The position numbers and the translations under genes were made by a program. The notes below the pieces were generated by a model, which saw only the letters and a program-made list of their open reading frames with translations, did no database searches and was not told where the DNA came from. From IMG/VR virus record IMGVR_UViG_3300005529_000010, positions 827 through 64,826 of that record: a stretch of DNA of 64,000 nt, one strand, 5' to 3'. Positions 19,101 through 28,778 of the stretch are shown piece after piece. Each line of letters opens with the position of its first letter. The stretch's first letter is position 1. The stretch is from a virus (taxonomy: Duplodnaviria > Caudoviricetes).

Positions 19101-19226
19101 GAGGGCATTATCCAGCCCGCCGGGCATCATCATCATTTCCGGCACAACGGCCGGGCCGCCCTTCCGATATAGTCTCGATTCAGGAAGGGCCAGGTCGGAC
19201 GTTTGAAGCTCGACCGGATCGGGCAT
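16143..19226 (-). CDS. Large internal virion/ejection protein
   Basis: 1027 aa, Ala-rich helical, Gly-rich hydrophobic segment, duplicated Y.DPEG motif; last of three such genes after tail genes. Confidence 0.7.
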   Translation of the reverse strand: MPDPVELQTSDLALPESRLYRKGGPAVVPEMMMMPGGLDNALPKIADQAGYDALQAGAEYLDPEGQKRRKAYTVTDAKSYEAVPEGSHYTDPEGKVRLKPTYEGVDLTTQTLYDMSLNPKERRKALAAGYGAANVKEDPAGDLYVEKDGKRYKPGHGKLATLGGFVASEAAPTAGAVLGGIGGGVLGTAGGPAGVIAGAAGGAGAGGAGGQAFNDLVLKLAGIYDRSVGQEAGNLAVTAAGSAVGEGAGRVVTAAIPSVKAGIRRVTEQGPSVIADYLGASQTPDAAREALRLAERGVKVPPSAWAPEAPYIHKAVEQFDPAFRKQNVLKTSAEQYYEREGSRILSELGVERPAGETLTGATAPPSSEKAGRALMDRAHETIAQEDAELDKAMSHAREAATMRAFGIGQKEAQADLTAAHDQLVKVADSSRQAAQQITDDGFKAIRADVDGFVQAVKGGGNPGDLFRQAAEKVQTLSRAVKARAGKMYDAADAAAGDHYPNISALTEDAKALRESLPEPFQAKHPDIVKALEALGDPDKTGTQPTFGQLRRLRSMFRQDVDPFDLTPSQRDGVYKLFAGKLDAVLHDAEADPELKAAAKILDHADAYYAKNMPRFRDETIRGMTEALRAGMPADPKGLAKMILQPNQTERIREIRKIVGKNLWNAVTAADTQSMFDSAKTLVPGQVDPATFAREVLDRVQSGIFDAAYDSATARKLQQQAQRVMMIEGKLSIAHTPGDDVASFLKRAEDAEAAVKTLAERDPLGNLTSELSKMDKEFARNRAALQQSRNRDALNFLTQPTALAIRSADKILKSPDLMMAAARRFGETSPEFTLLRQTGALRLLQRPLGKTGNLAAEFGEKISPETQALLFPGVSRDEAVALAKDMNFLLGSAGEVSGDTGGSMAAASRVLHPWGTLGTSGPISFLSHLPGGNAAGRFILAKYYAALTYGVTHPSFIKWVVKGLDGAPAERETVRQEFNRILQESGGAGGGVGQVLTPSYSAGGDQEQGEQKPPAEDWRTRSKQQYGR

Positions 19227-19229
19227 TTT

Positions 19230-20687
19230 TCAGTGGCCTACTATCGGATCATTCGCCCAAGGCGTACCACCGGCCGGTGGCTGAGCGCCAGGCGCTGGAG
19301 CTGGCCCGCCGCCCAGCGGGGCGCCGCCGGGTTGGAAATCGCCTCCGAGAATACCCAACACATCCTGCCGATCGGACAAATACCAATCGCGCAGCGACTG
19401 CAGAGCGCGGATCGTGTTCGCCGTCGTGTCGCCGAGATTGAGGCCGGCGACCACGTCATTGACCTTGGCAGAATCGGCGGATAGCGGACGCCCGTCGGCG
19501 CCGGTGAGAAGCCTGCCGGCGCTCGCCTGCAGCGTTTCGATGTCGCGCCGAAACTGCACATAGTCGGTCGAATTGCTGCCTAGCAGATTGCCCACGACTT
19601 CGCCGAGCCGCTCGGCGCGACCCGACAGGCCGGCGGCGCCGACATGCGTCTGCAGCACGTTGAGTACCTGGTCGATCTTGTCGAGGTTCAGGTCGAGCTG
19701 CGAAATCTTCCCTTCGTATTTCGCCTTTACGTTGCCGGTTAGGCCGCCCTTCATGCCGTCATTGACGATCTGAGCTTCGACCTGCGCCGGCATTGTCTGT
19801 CCGGGGTGGTTCTTGCGCCAATCGTTCTTGAGATCCTCGATGACCTGGTATTTCTCGGCGTTCAGCGCCGACATGCGCCCTCCGTAGGGCGTCTGGATGA
19901 TTCCCCACCGAACGGCCGCCTGCGCTTTTTGCGTGGAGTCACCGTCCTTCCAATCGGGATCGTTTAGCAGGCCGGTGTACTGGACATGCCGGCGTTCCAG
20001 CTCGGGCATGATGCCAAGCAGGCTGATCGCCGCATTCTGGCGGCCCTGCATGATGCTCTCATAGTCCTGGAGCATGCCGGACTGCCGCTGGAACAGCGCG
20101 ATCTCATCGCCGTGGCGCGCGCCGAACATCGTCATTTCGGCGTCGTACGCGGACATATCGTCCTTGTTCTTGTCGCGGAGCGCTTGCCACTCCTCCATCA
20201 TCGCTTTGTGCCGATCGAGCGCCAGCGCCGTGTTGTCTTTCCAGGCTGAATACGCGTCGTGATAGTTTTCGTAATCGTTTTGCTTGATCGCGTTCATTGC
20301 GGCCGCGCCGGCGTTGAGCGCGTTGATCATCGGCTGATGTGTGAACCCGGCCGCGATCTGGGCGAAGACCGACGCGAACGAGCCGAAGGCGCTCGCCGGA
20401 TCGGTCATGTAGTCTTTTTTCTGGGGCTGCTCCGGGAATCTTAGCGGCTCAATGCGCTTGTAAAACTCGTCCTCTTGCTGCTGCGACTTGTCGAGCCGCT
20501 CGATGTATTTCTTGCGAACAGGCTCCATTTCGCGCTCGTACCGCGCGGTCTCTTCCTGGTCGCGCTTCATCAGCGCCATGATCGGCGCGGCCGAGGCGCC
20601 GCCGCCCTGCGCCTGCGCCATCAGCTTGTCGATGTCGAGCGACGTGTCCTTGGCGCCGCTGTCGGCGGTGGTCTGTGGATCAGCCAT
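19230..20687 (-). CDS. Internal virion/ejection protein
   Basis: 485 aa helical Ala/Gln-rich; position. Confidence 0.65.
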   Translation of the reverse strand: MADPQTTADSGAKDTSLDIDKLMAQAQGGGASAAPIMALMKRDQEETARYEREMEPVRKKYIERLDKSQQQEDEFYKRIEPLRFPEQPQKKDYMTDPASAFGSFASVFAQIAAGFTHQPMINALNAGAAAMNAIKQNDYENYHDAYSAWKDNTALALDRHKAMMEEWQALRDKNKDDMSAYDAEMTMFGARHGDEIALFQRQSGMLQDYESIMQGRQNAAISLLGIMPELERRHVQYTGLLNDPDWKDGDSTQKAQAAVRWGIIQTPYGGRMSALNAEKYQVIEDLKNDWRKNHPGQTMPAQVEAQIVNDGMKGGLTGNVKAKYEGKISQLDLNLDKIDQVLNVLQTHVGAAGLSGRAERLGEVVGNLLGSNSTDYVQFRRDIETLQASAGRLLTGADGRPLSADSAKVNDVVAGLNLGDTTANTIRALQSLRDWYLSDRQDVLGILGGDFQPGGAPLGGGPAPAPGAQPPAGGTPWANDPIVGH

Positions 20688-22053
20688 AGGTTTGGTTCTG
20701 GCGGCCGCCGCCGAGCGACGCGACGAAATTGGCTATCGCGCTGCCGGTCTCCGCGTCCTGCTTCTGGTTGATGCCGATGATCTGAGCCAGGATGTCGGCC
20801 GATATGCCCGTCTGCCGGACGCCGGTGTCCAGTAGGTCCTTCGCCATGGTGAACCGCTGCGCGTCGCTCGCGAGCTTGAGATTAGCGAGGTCCGTTGCCT
20901 CGGCCGAAGAACCCGACATGCCGAGGCCGGAATAGAACGACCGGACCCGCGCCTCGGCGCCCTTGTCCGCGAGCTGGAGCTGCGACTGCGCGCCGGGCGG
21001 CAGCGTGCCGTTTTGGATATAGCCCTGATTCGCGGTGCCTTGCGTGTTGAGCGTATTGGCCAGGCCCTTGAGGTTGTCGAGCCCAGGGATCGTGTTTCCC
21101 GCGAACAGGTTCTTCAACAGCAGCCCGCCGCTGAGCACGGGACCGGCGTTCGATTCGAGCGCCTTCCAACCGGTTTTCAGGCTCGGATCGGCGAGGAATT
21201 TATCGAATGTGCTGGTGCCACCGGCGCCACCGCTTCCGCCGACGCCATACGTCGCGGCGAGGTCGTTCATCGACGCGGCGTTGCCCGCAACGCTTCCCGC
21301 TGCGTTGGTCGGGTCCACCGCCGGAATACCAAAACCACCGCCAGCGTTACCGCCGCCCGCCGCCGCAAGGGTCTGATCGAGCTGACCGACACCGGACACG
21401 CCGGCGCCGTTCCCCGTGGGGTCGGTGACCAGGCTGAAATTCGTGGTGCCGCCGCCCGGCATCCCGGCGAGCGTGGGGTCCGGCACGGTGAGATTTGCCG
21501 TTCCGAGACCAGAAAAATCAGAGGTGACGGAGCCGCCGCCGGTGAGATCGACCGGAGCGCCCGACGCGCCACTGACCGGCGCCGCGCTCGCCGCCGACGC
21601 GCCGCCGCCCGTGGTTCCCGCGCCGCCAGCCGCACCGGCGCCGCTGAATGCCGAATTTGCCAACCCCGGAAGCGCCCCGAGCCCGGCAGAGATGAATGGG
21701 TTGGAGCCGGTGAACGCGCTGGATAGCGCGCCGCCCGCCGCGCCGCCGAGCGCCTCGCCGATTCCTGTCGAAACACCGAGATCGCCGGCAAACGCCCCGC
21801 CGGCGCCGAATCCTGCCCCACCGATCGCGCCGCCCAGCGCGCCGAGGCCGGGATCGCCACCCGTCGCCGCGCCCAACACAGCACCGCCGCCGGCGCCTAG
21901 CAGAGCATCGGCGCCGATCGCGCCGGCCGTGGCGCCCAACCCGATGTCGGTCGCGAGAAACGCGGCGATGCTTTCTGTGACCCCAAAAAACAGCTCGCGG
22001 CGCGCGCGGGCGTGTGCGTGATCGGAAAGAGCGAAACGCGGATCGGTTTTCAT
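20680..22053 (-). CDS. Gly-rich DNA pilot/ejection protein
   Basis: Gly/Ala-rich N-terminal half; GLGMSGSSA motif; position. Confidence 0.65.
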   Translation of the reverse strand: MKTDPRFALSDHAHARARRELFFGVTESIAAFLATDIGLGATAGAIGADALLGAGGGAVLGAATGGDPGLGALGGAIGGAGFGAGGAFAGDLGVSTGIGEALGGAAGGALSSAFTGSNPFISAGLGALPGLANSAFSGAGAAGGAGTTGGGASAASAAPVSGASGAPVDLTGGGSVTSDFSGLGTANLTVPDPTLAGMPGGGTTNFSLVTDPTGNGAGVSGVGQLDQTLAAAGGGNAGGGFGIPAVDPTNAAGSVAGNAASMNDLAATYGVGGSGGAGGTSTFDKFLADPSLKTGWKALESNAGPVLSGGLLLKNLFAGNTIPGLDNLKGLANTLNTQGTANQGYIQNGTLPPGAQSQLQLADKGAEARVRSFYSGLGMSGSSAEATDLANLKLASDAQRFTMAKDLLDTGVRQTGISADILAQIIGINQKQDAETGSAIANFVASLGGGRQNQTYG

Positions 22054-22823
22054 GGCCGGCTCACCTGGATTCGCCCTTCTACAAAGCGCAGCAAGCCGAG
22101 ATCGAAGCGGATAACGGGCGGGTTTTCCTCGACGATCGAAATAACCTTATGGCGAGACACGACGGCCCAACGGTTATAGAGCGCGACGCCCTTTTTGAGC
22201 TGGCCGGCGATGATCATGGCGAGCGCGGCGCCGGCGTAGCGATTGTGATTTTCATCGTCCGTGTGTGCTGGCTCCTGCACATCGAGCCGCGCAGCCTCGC
22301 GCTGCAGCTCGGCGTGGAACCACATGCCCAGCTCGACCAGGCCGGGCGCCTGCCGCATCCAATCCTGGACGCGGAACGACATGATCTCCACCGGTCGCGT
22401 CTCGCCGAGGAATTTGCAGCCGTCGGGCCGCTGGAATTCCGGCATCATGCCGGCGGCAAGCGCCAACGCGCGGGCCGCGACGTGGCCCATCGGAACGCGG
22501 GTCAGGATGTCGTAACAGTCGGTCCGGGTGAACATCCAATCGCTGCCAGCGCGCACGAAGTCGAGCGACCACTTGCCCCGCCCCTCGGGCAGAACCTGCG
22601 TGTGAACCTCATAGACGCCCGGGAAGATCTGGAAACACATGCAGCCGCCGTACTTGCCCATCAGGAGCACGTTTCTCGGGTTGGCGACCTGCTGCGAGAT
22701 GTCGATCTCGCCTTCGCTCATATCCGCGACCCAAGGCCGAATCTCTGGGTGGTTCAAAACCGCGTTGATCCGGCTCGCGTCATGCTCGCGCCAAAGAATT
22801 TTTGCCGAGGAGCCGTCCGGCAT
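22050..22823 (-). CDS. GNAT-fold virion assembly protein (DUF2824-like)
   Basis: GVYEVHTQVLPEGRGKW..WMF; usual position before podovirus ejection genes. Confidence 0.65.
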   Translation of the reverse strand: MPDGSSAKILWREHDASRINAVLNHPEIRPWVADMSEGEIDISQQVANPRNVLLMGKYGGCMCFQIFPGVYEVHTQVLPEGRGKWSLDFVRAGSDWMFTRTDCYDILTRVPMGHVAARALALAAGMMPEFQRPDGCKFLGETRPVEIMSFRVQDWMRQAPGLVELGMWFHAELQREAARLDVQEPAHTDDENHNRYAGAALAMIIAGQLKKGVALYNRWAVVSRHKVISIVEENPPVIRFDLGLLRFVEGRIQVSRP

Positions 22824-22826
22824 TTC

Positions 22827-23345
22827 CTAGCCCACCCTCACAATCGCAAGGTCGTAATCGGTCACCTTGCCGATCGCTTTCACGATCATGTCGCGCGGCA
22901 CATCCGAGAAACGGTCGACCACCATTTCCGTGGCGCCGGCGCCCTTGGCCCAACTGTACATCGCCGAATAGAGCGCGGCGCCCTCTTCGAGTGCATCGTT
23001 GCGGCAAAGCACGAACACCTCTTCGAGATACGGCACCGGATCGAGCGGCCAGCGCGAGAGCTGCGCCAGGCACACCGCGTCATTCGTGCGCAAAAACAGC
23101 ATGTCGTTCGAATTCATGAGCGAGCGCACCCAGCCGGAGAAAATGCGATCCGTCAGGTGCGGGAAATGCTTCACGAGCCGCTCGAACAGCCACATACCCA
23201 TCGGCTCCATGTCGGCCAGGCCGAAGCGGCGGACATTCACATCCGGGGGCGAGATCGGCGGCGGACGGTTGGCGCGCGCCTCCTGCATCTGCCGCATACG
23301 CTCGCTGCGGCGCTTCCGTTCTTCCTCGCTGATGTTATAGGCCAT
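22827..23345 (-). CDS. Hypothetical, possibly GNAT-like virion protein
   Basis: Start MAYNISEE; VRRFGLADM..WAKGAGA. Confidence 0.55.
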   Translation of the reverse strand: MAYNISEEERKRRSERMRQMQEARANRPPPISPPDVNVRRFGLADMEPMGMWLFERLVKHFPHLTDRIFSGWVRSLMNSNDMLFLRTNDAVCLAQLSRWPLDPVPYLEEVFVLCRNDALEEGAALYSAMYSWAKGAGATEMVVDRFSDVPRDMIVKAIGKVTDYDLAIVRVG

Positions 23346-23347
23346 CT

Positions 23348-23683
23348 TCAAACCCCCAGAATTTTGCTCACCTGCAGGTGCTCCTGGAAATTGAGCCAAA
23401 TCCATTCCGCGCGCTGCGTGCGGTCCTGCCAATTGACGTCCGTTAAATCAAATCCGTCAATATTTAGAACGGCGTCCATCTGCTGGTGCATACTTTGATG
23501 GTTATACGCCCAGCCCCCCAAACTATACAGCGGCATTGGGTCGAGCTGATATTCGATTAAATAAATCTTATATATTTCTCGAATGCGCCGAATGATGTCG
23601 CGGTGGTGCGCCATGTGCGAGAACGCCCAGGTGTTCATCGCGGGCTGATCGTTGGGGATGTTGGCGATGCTGGCGACGCTCAT
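23348..23683 (-). CDS. His/Trp-rich hypothetical virion-module protein
   Basis: ATGA coupling; repeated W...H...H motifs. Confidence 0.65.
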   Translation of the reverse strand: MSVASIANIPNDQPAMNTWAFSHMAHHRDIIRRIREIYKIYLIEYQLDPMPLYSLGGWAYNHQSMHQQMDAVLNIDGFDLTDVNWQDRTQRAEWIWLNFQEHLQVSKILGV

Positions 23684-25920
23684 CCGCGATAATTCCAGGC
23701 CACGTCGGTCATCATCACCGACACGAGCGACATGTCAGCCGCGTAGGTCTCAATCGTGACGCCGGTCAGCTCGCCCTGCTGACCGATCGCCTGCGGCTGG
23801 CTCACATAGGCGCCGGGAACCGGAACCGTCGGCGTGAGCGTGTAGACCTGCGTCGTGTCGCCGGTCTGATCGTCGACCGCGTCGATCGTCACGCTGATTT
23901 CCGGCGCCAGGTTGTCGTAATACTGCGCGAGCGCCCAGAGCCGGCTCGCCGTCTTGTTCAGGTGATAGCCGCCGGGCTCCTCCCACAACTTCGATTGCAC
24001 AATCTTTTTGAAGCCCGTGGACGGCCTCGCGAACAGCGGCCGGATGTTGATCCCGTCCGTGCCATAGGCGGTGATGATCGAGTTCAGCTCCTGGTGCTGC
24101 ACGAAGATCAGCGGGAAATCCTGGCTCGCCGCCCACCACCTTTTGCCGTCCCAGCACAGCAGCTTGTTCACCCGCACATTCGTTATCGGGTCGATGATCG
24201 GAAGCAGGAGGCACCAGATCTTGATGCCGAAATGGATGGCTTTGCAGGCTGACGGCGTGAAGCTGCCGAAGAACGGCACCGAGCTATAGACGCCGTCGAG
24301 CTGGTCAGAGACCTTCGTCACCGCGCCGCCATACGAGACATGCACGCCGAACAGGTTGGCGAGCACGATATTGCGGCTGAACACGTCGATCGTGTCCGGC
24401 CAGGCGGTGCCGATCTCGGGGTCCGCGTTCTGGTTCGTGTAGGTCGTCGTCGCCAAGCCGCTGGCGTTGTTGACCGTCGTGCTGACGCCGGAGATGTAAT
24501 TGATCGAGCTGTCGGCGATCAGATAGAGAAAGCCGTTCGTCTGCAGCGGCTTCGTGAACGACACCCGCAGGAAGGAATCGAAGCTCTGCTGCACGCCCCC
24601 GCCGTCGGTGGCTGCGAAATCGGTCACGGACTCGGCGGCCGTGAACAGAAATTTGGGCCCGTCGGTGATCCACACGCGCGAGACATAGGTCTCGATTGCG
24701 GTCCCCTTCACGCCAAACGGCATCAGGCTCACGGTCGCGTCAGCCGCGTTGTTGCCGCCCGAGATCTGCACCTCGGCCTGCGTATAGCCGTTGCCAGGAT
24801 TCACGACATTGATCGCGGTGACCGCGCCGCCGGCGATCTGCGCGACCGCCGTCGCGCCCGTCCCGTCGCCGACGATCGTCACGATCGGCGTCGAGGTGTA
24901 GCCGGAACCGCCGTCGCTGACGGCGATCGAGGCGATACCGCCGAACGCGATCTCGGTGTAGCCGGCGAACCCGGAGCCGTGCGGTGTCGCCGGATCGTTG
25001 AGCGAAATGGCCGGCGGCGAGGTGAAGCCATGCCCGGGGTTGATGATCGTGAACCCCGTCACCGTGCCGTTCTGCGCGTTGATGGAGGCCGAAAAGCCCG
25101 TACCGCCGCCACCGCCGGTGAGCACGATTGTCGTCTGCGCGGTGTAGCCGGCGCCGCCGTTCGTGACGACGACTCCGGAAATCCCGGCCGTCGTGTCGAT
25201 CGTCGCCGTCGCTTTGGCGCTGTTGTCCGACCCGCCGCCCTGGATCGTCACGACCATGTCCTGGTCGGTCACCAGGTATCCGCTGCCCGGGTTGGTGACG
25301 TTGATCTCGCTGATCGCTCCGTTTTCGAGCGTCGCGGTGAATGTCGCGCCCGAGCCCGTGCCGCCGGCGACGGCGATTGTCGGTTGGCTCGTATAATTCT
25401 GTCCGGGATTCGTGACCGTCACGACCGGCCCGAGCGTGCCGGCGGTGAAAACATTCGTGCCGTCCCACAGCCAATATCCATTTGGCTGGTCGGCAACGAA
25501 CAGCAAATATTTCGAGCCCCACTGGCTCAAACCCCATTCGCCCACCGCCGGGTTCTGGATCGCGCCGGCCGGCAGCACGTTCACCTCGACGTTCGTCTGC
25601 AGGTTGATCGCATCGATCGCGCCGTCGCTGCGCAGGACGACGCAATACGGGACCGAGCCGATGTTCCCAAAATCGAACGCGACGATCGTCAGCCCGTCTT
25701 CGATTTTGTAGACGCTGTCGCCCACACCCCACATGGCGCGGAGATTGTTCTTGCCGAACGGCATGAAGCCGTCGATCCAAAAGCACTCTTTCTCGTCGAC
25801 ACCAGGGCGAGACGGCTTCGTGTTCATCCCTTCGAATGAATCGAAGCGGAGCGGTTCCGGGCCCGGCGGAACCCACGGGCCCGATTGCTGGCCGGGAGCT
25901 TGCGGTGCGTCGAGCGGCAT
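23680..25920 (-). CDS. Tail nozzle/stabilisation protein with inserted GSGY repeats
   Basis: 746 aa, beta-rich; position after adaptors; several V..GGSGY..P.V.I.G repeats. Confidence 0.7.
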   Translation of the reverse strand: MPLDAPQAPGQQSGPWVPPGPEPLRFDSFEGMNTKPSRPGVDEKECFWIDGFMPFGKNNLRAMWGVGDSVYKIEDGLTIVAFDFGNIGSVPYCVVLRSDGAIDAINLQTNVEVNVLPAGAIQNPAVGEWGLSQWGSKYLLFVADQPNGYWLWDGTNVFTAGTLGPVVTVTNPGQNYTSQPTIAVAGGTGSGATFTATLENGAISEINVTNPGSGYLVTDQDMVVTIQGGGSDNSAKATATIDTTAGISGVVVTNGGAGYTAQTTIVLTGGGGGTGFSASINAQNGTVTGFTIINPGHGFTSPPAISLNDPATPHGSGFAGYTEIAFGGIASIAVSDGGSGYTSTPIVTIVGDGTGATAVAQIAGGAVTAINVVNPGNGYTQAEVQISGGNNAADATVSLMPFGVKGTAIETYVSRVWITDGPKFLFTAAESVTDFAATDGGGVQQSFDSFLRVSFTKPLQTNGFLYLIADSSINYISGVSTTVNNASGLATTTYTNQNADPEIGTAWPDTIDVFSRNIVLANLFGVHVSYGGAVTKVSDQLDGVYSSVPFFGSFTPSACKAIHFGIKIWCLLLPIIDPITNVRVNKLLCWDGKRWWAASQDFPLIFVQHQELNSIITAYGTDGINIRPLFARPSTGFKKIVQSKLWEEPGGYHLNKTASRLWALAQYYDNLAPEISVTIDAVDDQTGDTTQVYTLTPTVPVPGAYVSQPQAIGQQGELTGVTIETYAADMSLVSVMMTDVAWNYRG

Positions 25921-25933
25921 CGTTCAGCCCGCC

Positions 25934-26896
25934 CTAGAACCGACCGTAGGGGTTCGACCACCTTCCGGGGCGGGCGTAGGCGCCATATCGGGTCATGAAG
26001 CGATCGAACTCGCTCGACATGAAGCGCGCCGAGTTGAAGTTCTGCAGGTCCATGAAGGCGAAATAGGCCGCCATATACGGCACGCCGTCGGTCCACGGCC
26101 GGGGCAGCGCCTCGTAATCCTGGTCGCGGATCAGGTCACTCGGCAGGCACAGACAGTCCCATTCCATCTGATAGGGCTGCGAGGCGATCGGGTAGAAATA
26201 GATCGAGCCGTCGGTGCCTTGCCCATATTGAGCGCAGATCGTCGGGACATACTGATATTGGAACGGATACTGCCGAATATAGGCTTGATAAGTCGAAAAG
26301 CTGTATTGCGGCAGGCTGTAGCGGTAATTCGCGTAGATAATACTTACCGACAGCACTGCGAATATTGCATCGACGCCTGGCCACATCGACGTGTCGACCC
26401 CGGCGAACGGGTACACCTCCTGCCCCTCTTGCTGGAGGTTCATGAAGCTGAGATTGGGCGACAGGATCGCGCCGTTCCCCGTGGGATCGACGATCGACAC
26501 GTTGGGCTGGAAATAGCCGGCGCCGCCGTAGGTCAGGTTGACGCTCGTGATCGATCCGCCGCCGAGGCTGCAAATCGCGGTGGCCTGCTTGCCGTTCGGG
26601 TTCGGCTGTGCGCCGGACGGAAAGTCGGGCGGCGTGATCAGCACCGACGGAGCTGTGTATCCCGAGCCGCCGGCGGTGACGTCGATCGATTTGATCGAGC
26701 CGGTGATCGGCGTCAGGCGGCGCAGGCATTGCGTCCGCATCGCGACCTCACGGCGCGAGCGGTTGACGTACTCGATCAGATCGGCCGGATCGAGCATCTC
26801 CATCTTGCCGTCGTGCAGCAGGCGCTGCGTCTGCTTGAGATATTCGAACAGCGTGCCGCGCGTAGGTGCGGTAGCTGGGCCGGCGTACGAGATCAC
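25934..26896 (-). CDS. Head-tail adaptor paralog 2 with GSGY insertion
   Basis: YLKQTQRLL..DLIEYVN..QYGQG.DG..PWTD.VPY.AAY.A. Confidence 0.7.
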   Translation of the reverse strand: MISYAGPATAPTRGTLFEYLKQTQRLLHDGKMEMLDPADLIEYVNRSRREVAMRTQCLRRLTPITGSIKSIDVTAGGSGYTAPSVLITPPDFPSGAQPNPNGKQATAICSLGGGSITSVNLTYGGAGYFQPNVSIVDPTGNGAILSPNLSFMNLQQEGQEVYPFAGVDTSMWPGVDAIFAVLSVSIIYANYRYSLPQYSFSTYQAYIRQYPFQYQYVPTICAQYGQGTDGSIYFYPIASQPYQMEWDCLCLPSDLIRDQDYEALPRPWTDGVPYMAAYFAFMDLQNFNSARFMSSEFDRFMTRYGAYARPGRWSNPYGRF

Positions 26897-27624
26897 GGTC
26901 CACCTCCGCCACCGCCGTTCGAGAGGCCGAGCTGGTTGTTCCGTACCGGGTTGCCGCTGTTTTCATAGATGAACGGCAGCACGTCCGCGTTCGACATCTT
27001 GCGCGCGCGATTCTGGAATTCCTGATAGCGCTGGAACATCCGGTTCGCATCGTCCTGGCGCGCGGCGCTCTGGGCCGACAGCAGCGCGTAATAGGCCGCG
27101 AAGAACGGCACGCAATCGGTCCACGGGTACGGGATCGCTTCCGGCGTTGCGTCGTCGACCAGCGGGATTGGATAACAGGCCGTGTCCATCAGCAGCGTTG
27201 TGTCGATGGCCGGCACCGGGTCGACATAGATTGTGCCGTCGGCGCCCTGGCCGTATTGCGACCATTCGGTGATCTCACCAGGCGCCGGCGCGGGATTGTT
27301 CAGCCGATAGAAGAAGAACCAGGAGTACGGGCGCGGCCGCAGCCAGATCATCCCGTTGCCGAGCGTCCAGCCCATTTGCCGGATGTTGAAGATCCCCGCC
27401 ACCTTGGGGTTGATCGCCTGCACGGCTGCATTGGGAAACGCGAAGCTGCGCGTTCCCGCCGGCAGCAGGTACGTCGCCTGGACCCGAATACACTCGCCAT
27501 CGCCGGCGGTCTGCCCGCGCGCCGTGTTGATAAAATTCGTGAGGTCCGCCGTCTTGTAGAGCGACTCAGGGGCCGGCGGATTCTGTAGAAGCTCTCGGGT
27601 CGCCGTCAGATAAGCGTTGAGCAT
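26893..27624 (-). CDS. Head-tail adaptor paralog 1
   Basis: YLTATRELL..DLTNFIN..QYGQG.DG..PWTD.VPFFAAYYA. Confidence 0.7.
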   Translation of the reverse strand: MLNAYLTATRELLQNPPAPESLYKTADLTNFINTARGQTAGDGECIRVQATYLLPAGTRSFAFPNAAVQAINPKVAGIFNIRQMGWTLGNGMIWLRPRPYSWFFFYRLNNPAPAPGEITEWSQYGQGADGTIYVDPVPAIDTTLLMDTACYPIPLVDDATPEAIPYPWTDCVPFFAAYYALLSAQSAARQDDANRMFQRYQEFQNRARKMSNADVLPFIYENSGNPVRNNQLGLSNGGGGGGP

Positions 27625-27640
27625 TCATCCCCCGGCGATC

Positions 27641-27663
27641 GGGGCGGGGACCAGCCCCGCCCC
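27641..27663 (-). terminator. GC-rich hairpin after capsid/decoration genes
   Basis: ggggcgggg-accag-ccccgcccc; no clear U-tract. Confidence 0.45.
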
Positions 27664-27673
27664 ATCGGACGTA

Positions 27674-28765
27674 TTACGGGGCGGGCTGGAGGACGACCGT
27701 GTCGTTCACCGAGCCCAGGGTCAGCGTGACCGTGCCGCCGGTGCCAGCACCGACAACGAGCGCGGTCGGCGTGCCGGCGAACAAGCCACCGTCATAGATC
27801 GTGCCGAAGCCCGTGATCGAACCCGCCGACAGCGTTGCACCGATCGATGCCTTGCGCGGACGGTAGAGGTTGAATTCGAACGCCGGATTGACCCACTGCG
27901 GCGTGCCGGCAGGCTGTCCGCCAACCGTCGTGATCTCGGCGGCCGAGCCGTATCCGGAGCCCGCACCGGTGACCACCACGGACGTAACGGTGGTGAGCTG
28001 CACCGCGACGATCGACGCTGCGACCGTGCCGCCGCCCGCCGTCAGCGTGGGAAGCGAGGTCACGGGGCTGCCCGCGTTCGTGCAGAGCACGCCGGTAATC
28101 GAGCCCGCACCCACCAGGCCCAGCGTCACCGTCGGGTTGCTCGTGGGAGGAGACGGATCGTACGGGCTCGGCAAGATCAGCGCCGTCGGCGCCGTCGTGT
28201 AGCCCGCGCCGACATTGGTCAGCGACACACTGGACACCGTGCCGCCGGTCAGCAGCGCGACAGCAGTCGCGGGGATGCCAGGGCTCGGCGGTGCCGGGAT
28301 GAACACGAGCGGCTGCTGCGTGTAGGTGAGCCCGGCCGCGCCGGTCACCGTGACGACGGAGCACTGTCCGCCGACGATCGGCTGCCAGGTCGAGTTACCG
28401 GCCGAAGCGGTCACCGTGGCCTTGGCCTGGGTGTAGCCCGAGCCGCCGGCGACGACGATCGCGCCGATCATGCAGCCCGTCAGGTTGGCGATGCGCGCGT
28501 TGAAGCCATCCGACTTCACGAACTGCATGCCGGTGCGCGCGCTCTCGTGGCCCCTCCACGTCCCGCTGATCGGGTCTTGGAACTGAACCATCGAGACGTT
28601 GCCGCTGCCGACGTACCAATCGCCGGCCGGAAGCGTTATCGCTTCGCCCGGCTCTAGCGTCAGCTCGTTGGTCGAGGTGTCGTACGGAGCGTTGTAAAGC
28701 TCGGACGGATAGAGATAGGTCGGGAGCGGAAGACCGTTGCCCGGGCCATTCAAGGGCTGTGGCAT
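27674..28765 (-). CDS. Capsid decoration/accessory protein with GSGY repeats
   Basis: Directly after major capsid gene; GGSGY/GAGY repeats. Confidence 0.65.
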   Translation of the reverse strand: MPQPLNGPGNGLPLPTYLYPSELYNAPYDTSTNELTLEPGEAITLPAGDWYVGSGNVSMVQFQDPISGTWRGHESARTGMQFVKSDGFNARIANLTGCMIGAIVVAGGSGYTQAKATVTASAGNSTWQPIVGGQCSVVTVTGAAGLTYTQQPLVFIPAPPSPGIPATAVALLTGGTVSSVSLTNVGAGYTTAPTALILPSPYDPSPPTSNPTVTLGLVGAGSITGVLCTNAGSPVTSLPTLTAGGGTVAASIVAVQLTTVTSVVVTGAGSGYGSAAEITTVGGQPAGTPQWVNPAFEFNLYRPRKASIGATLSAGSITGFGTIYDGGLFAGTPTALVVGAGTGGTVTLTLGSVNDTVVLQPAP

Positions 28766-28778
28766 TTGTCAGTCCTCC

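Noticed and set aside
16143-19226. Tape measure protein
   Set aside because: No tail tube, tail chaperone or baseplate genes; context fits podovirus ejection proteins
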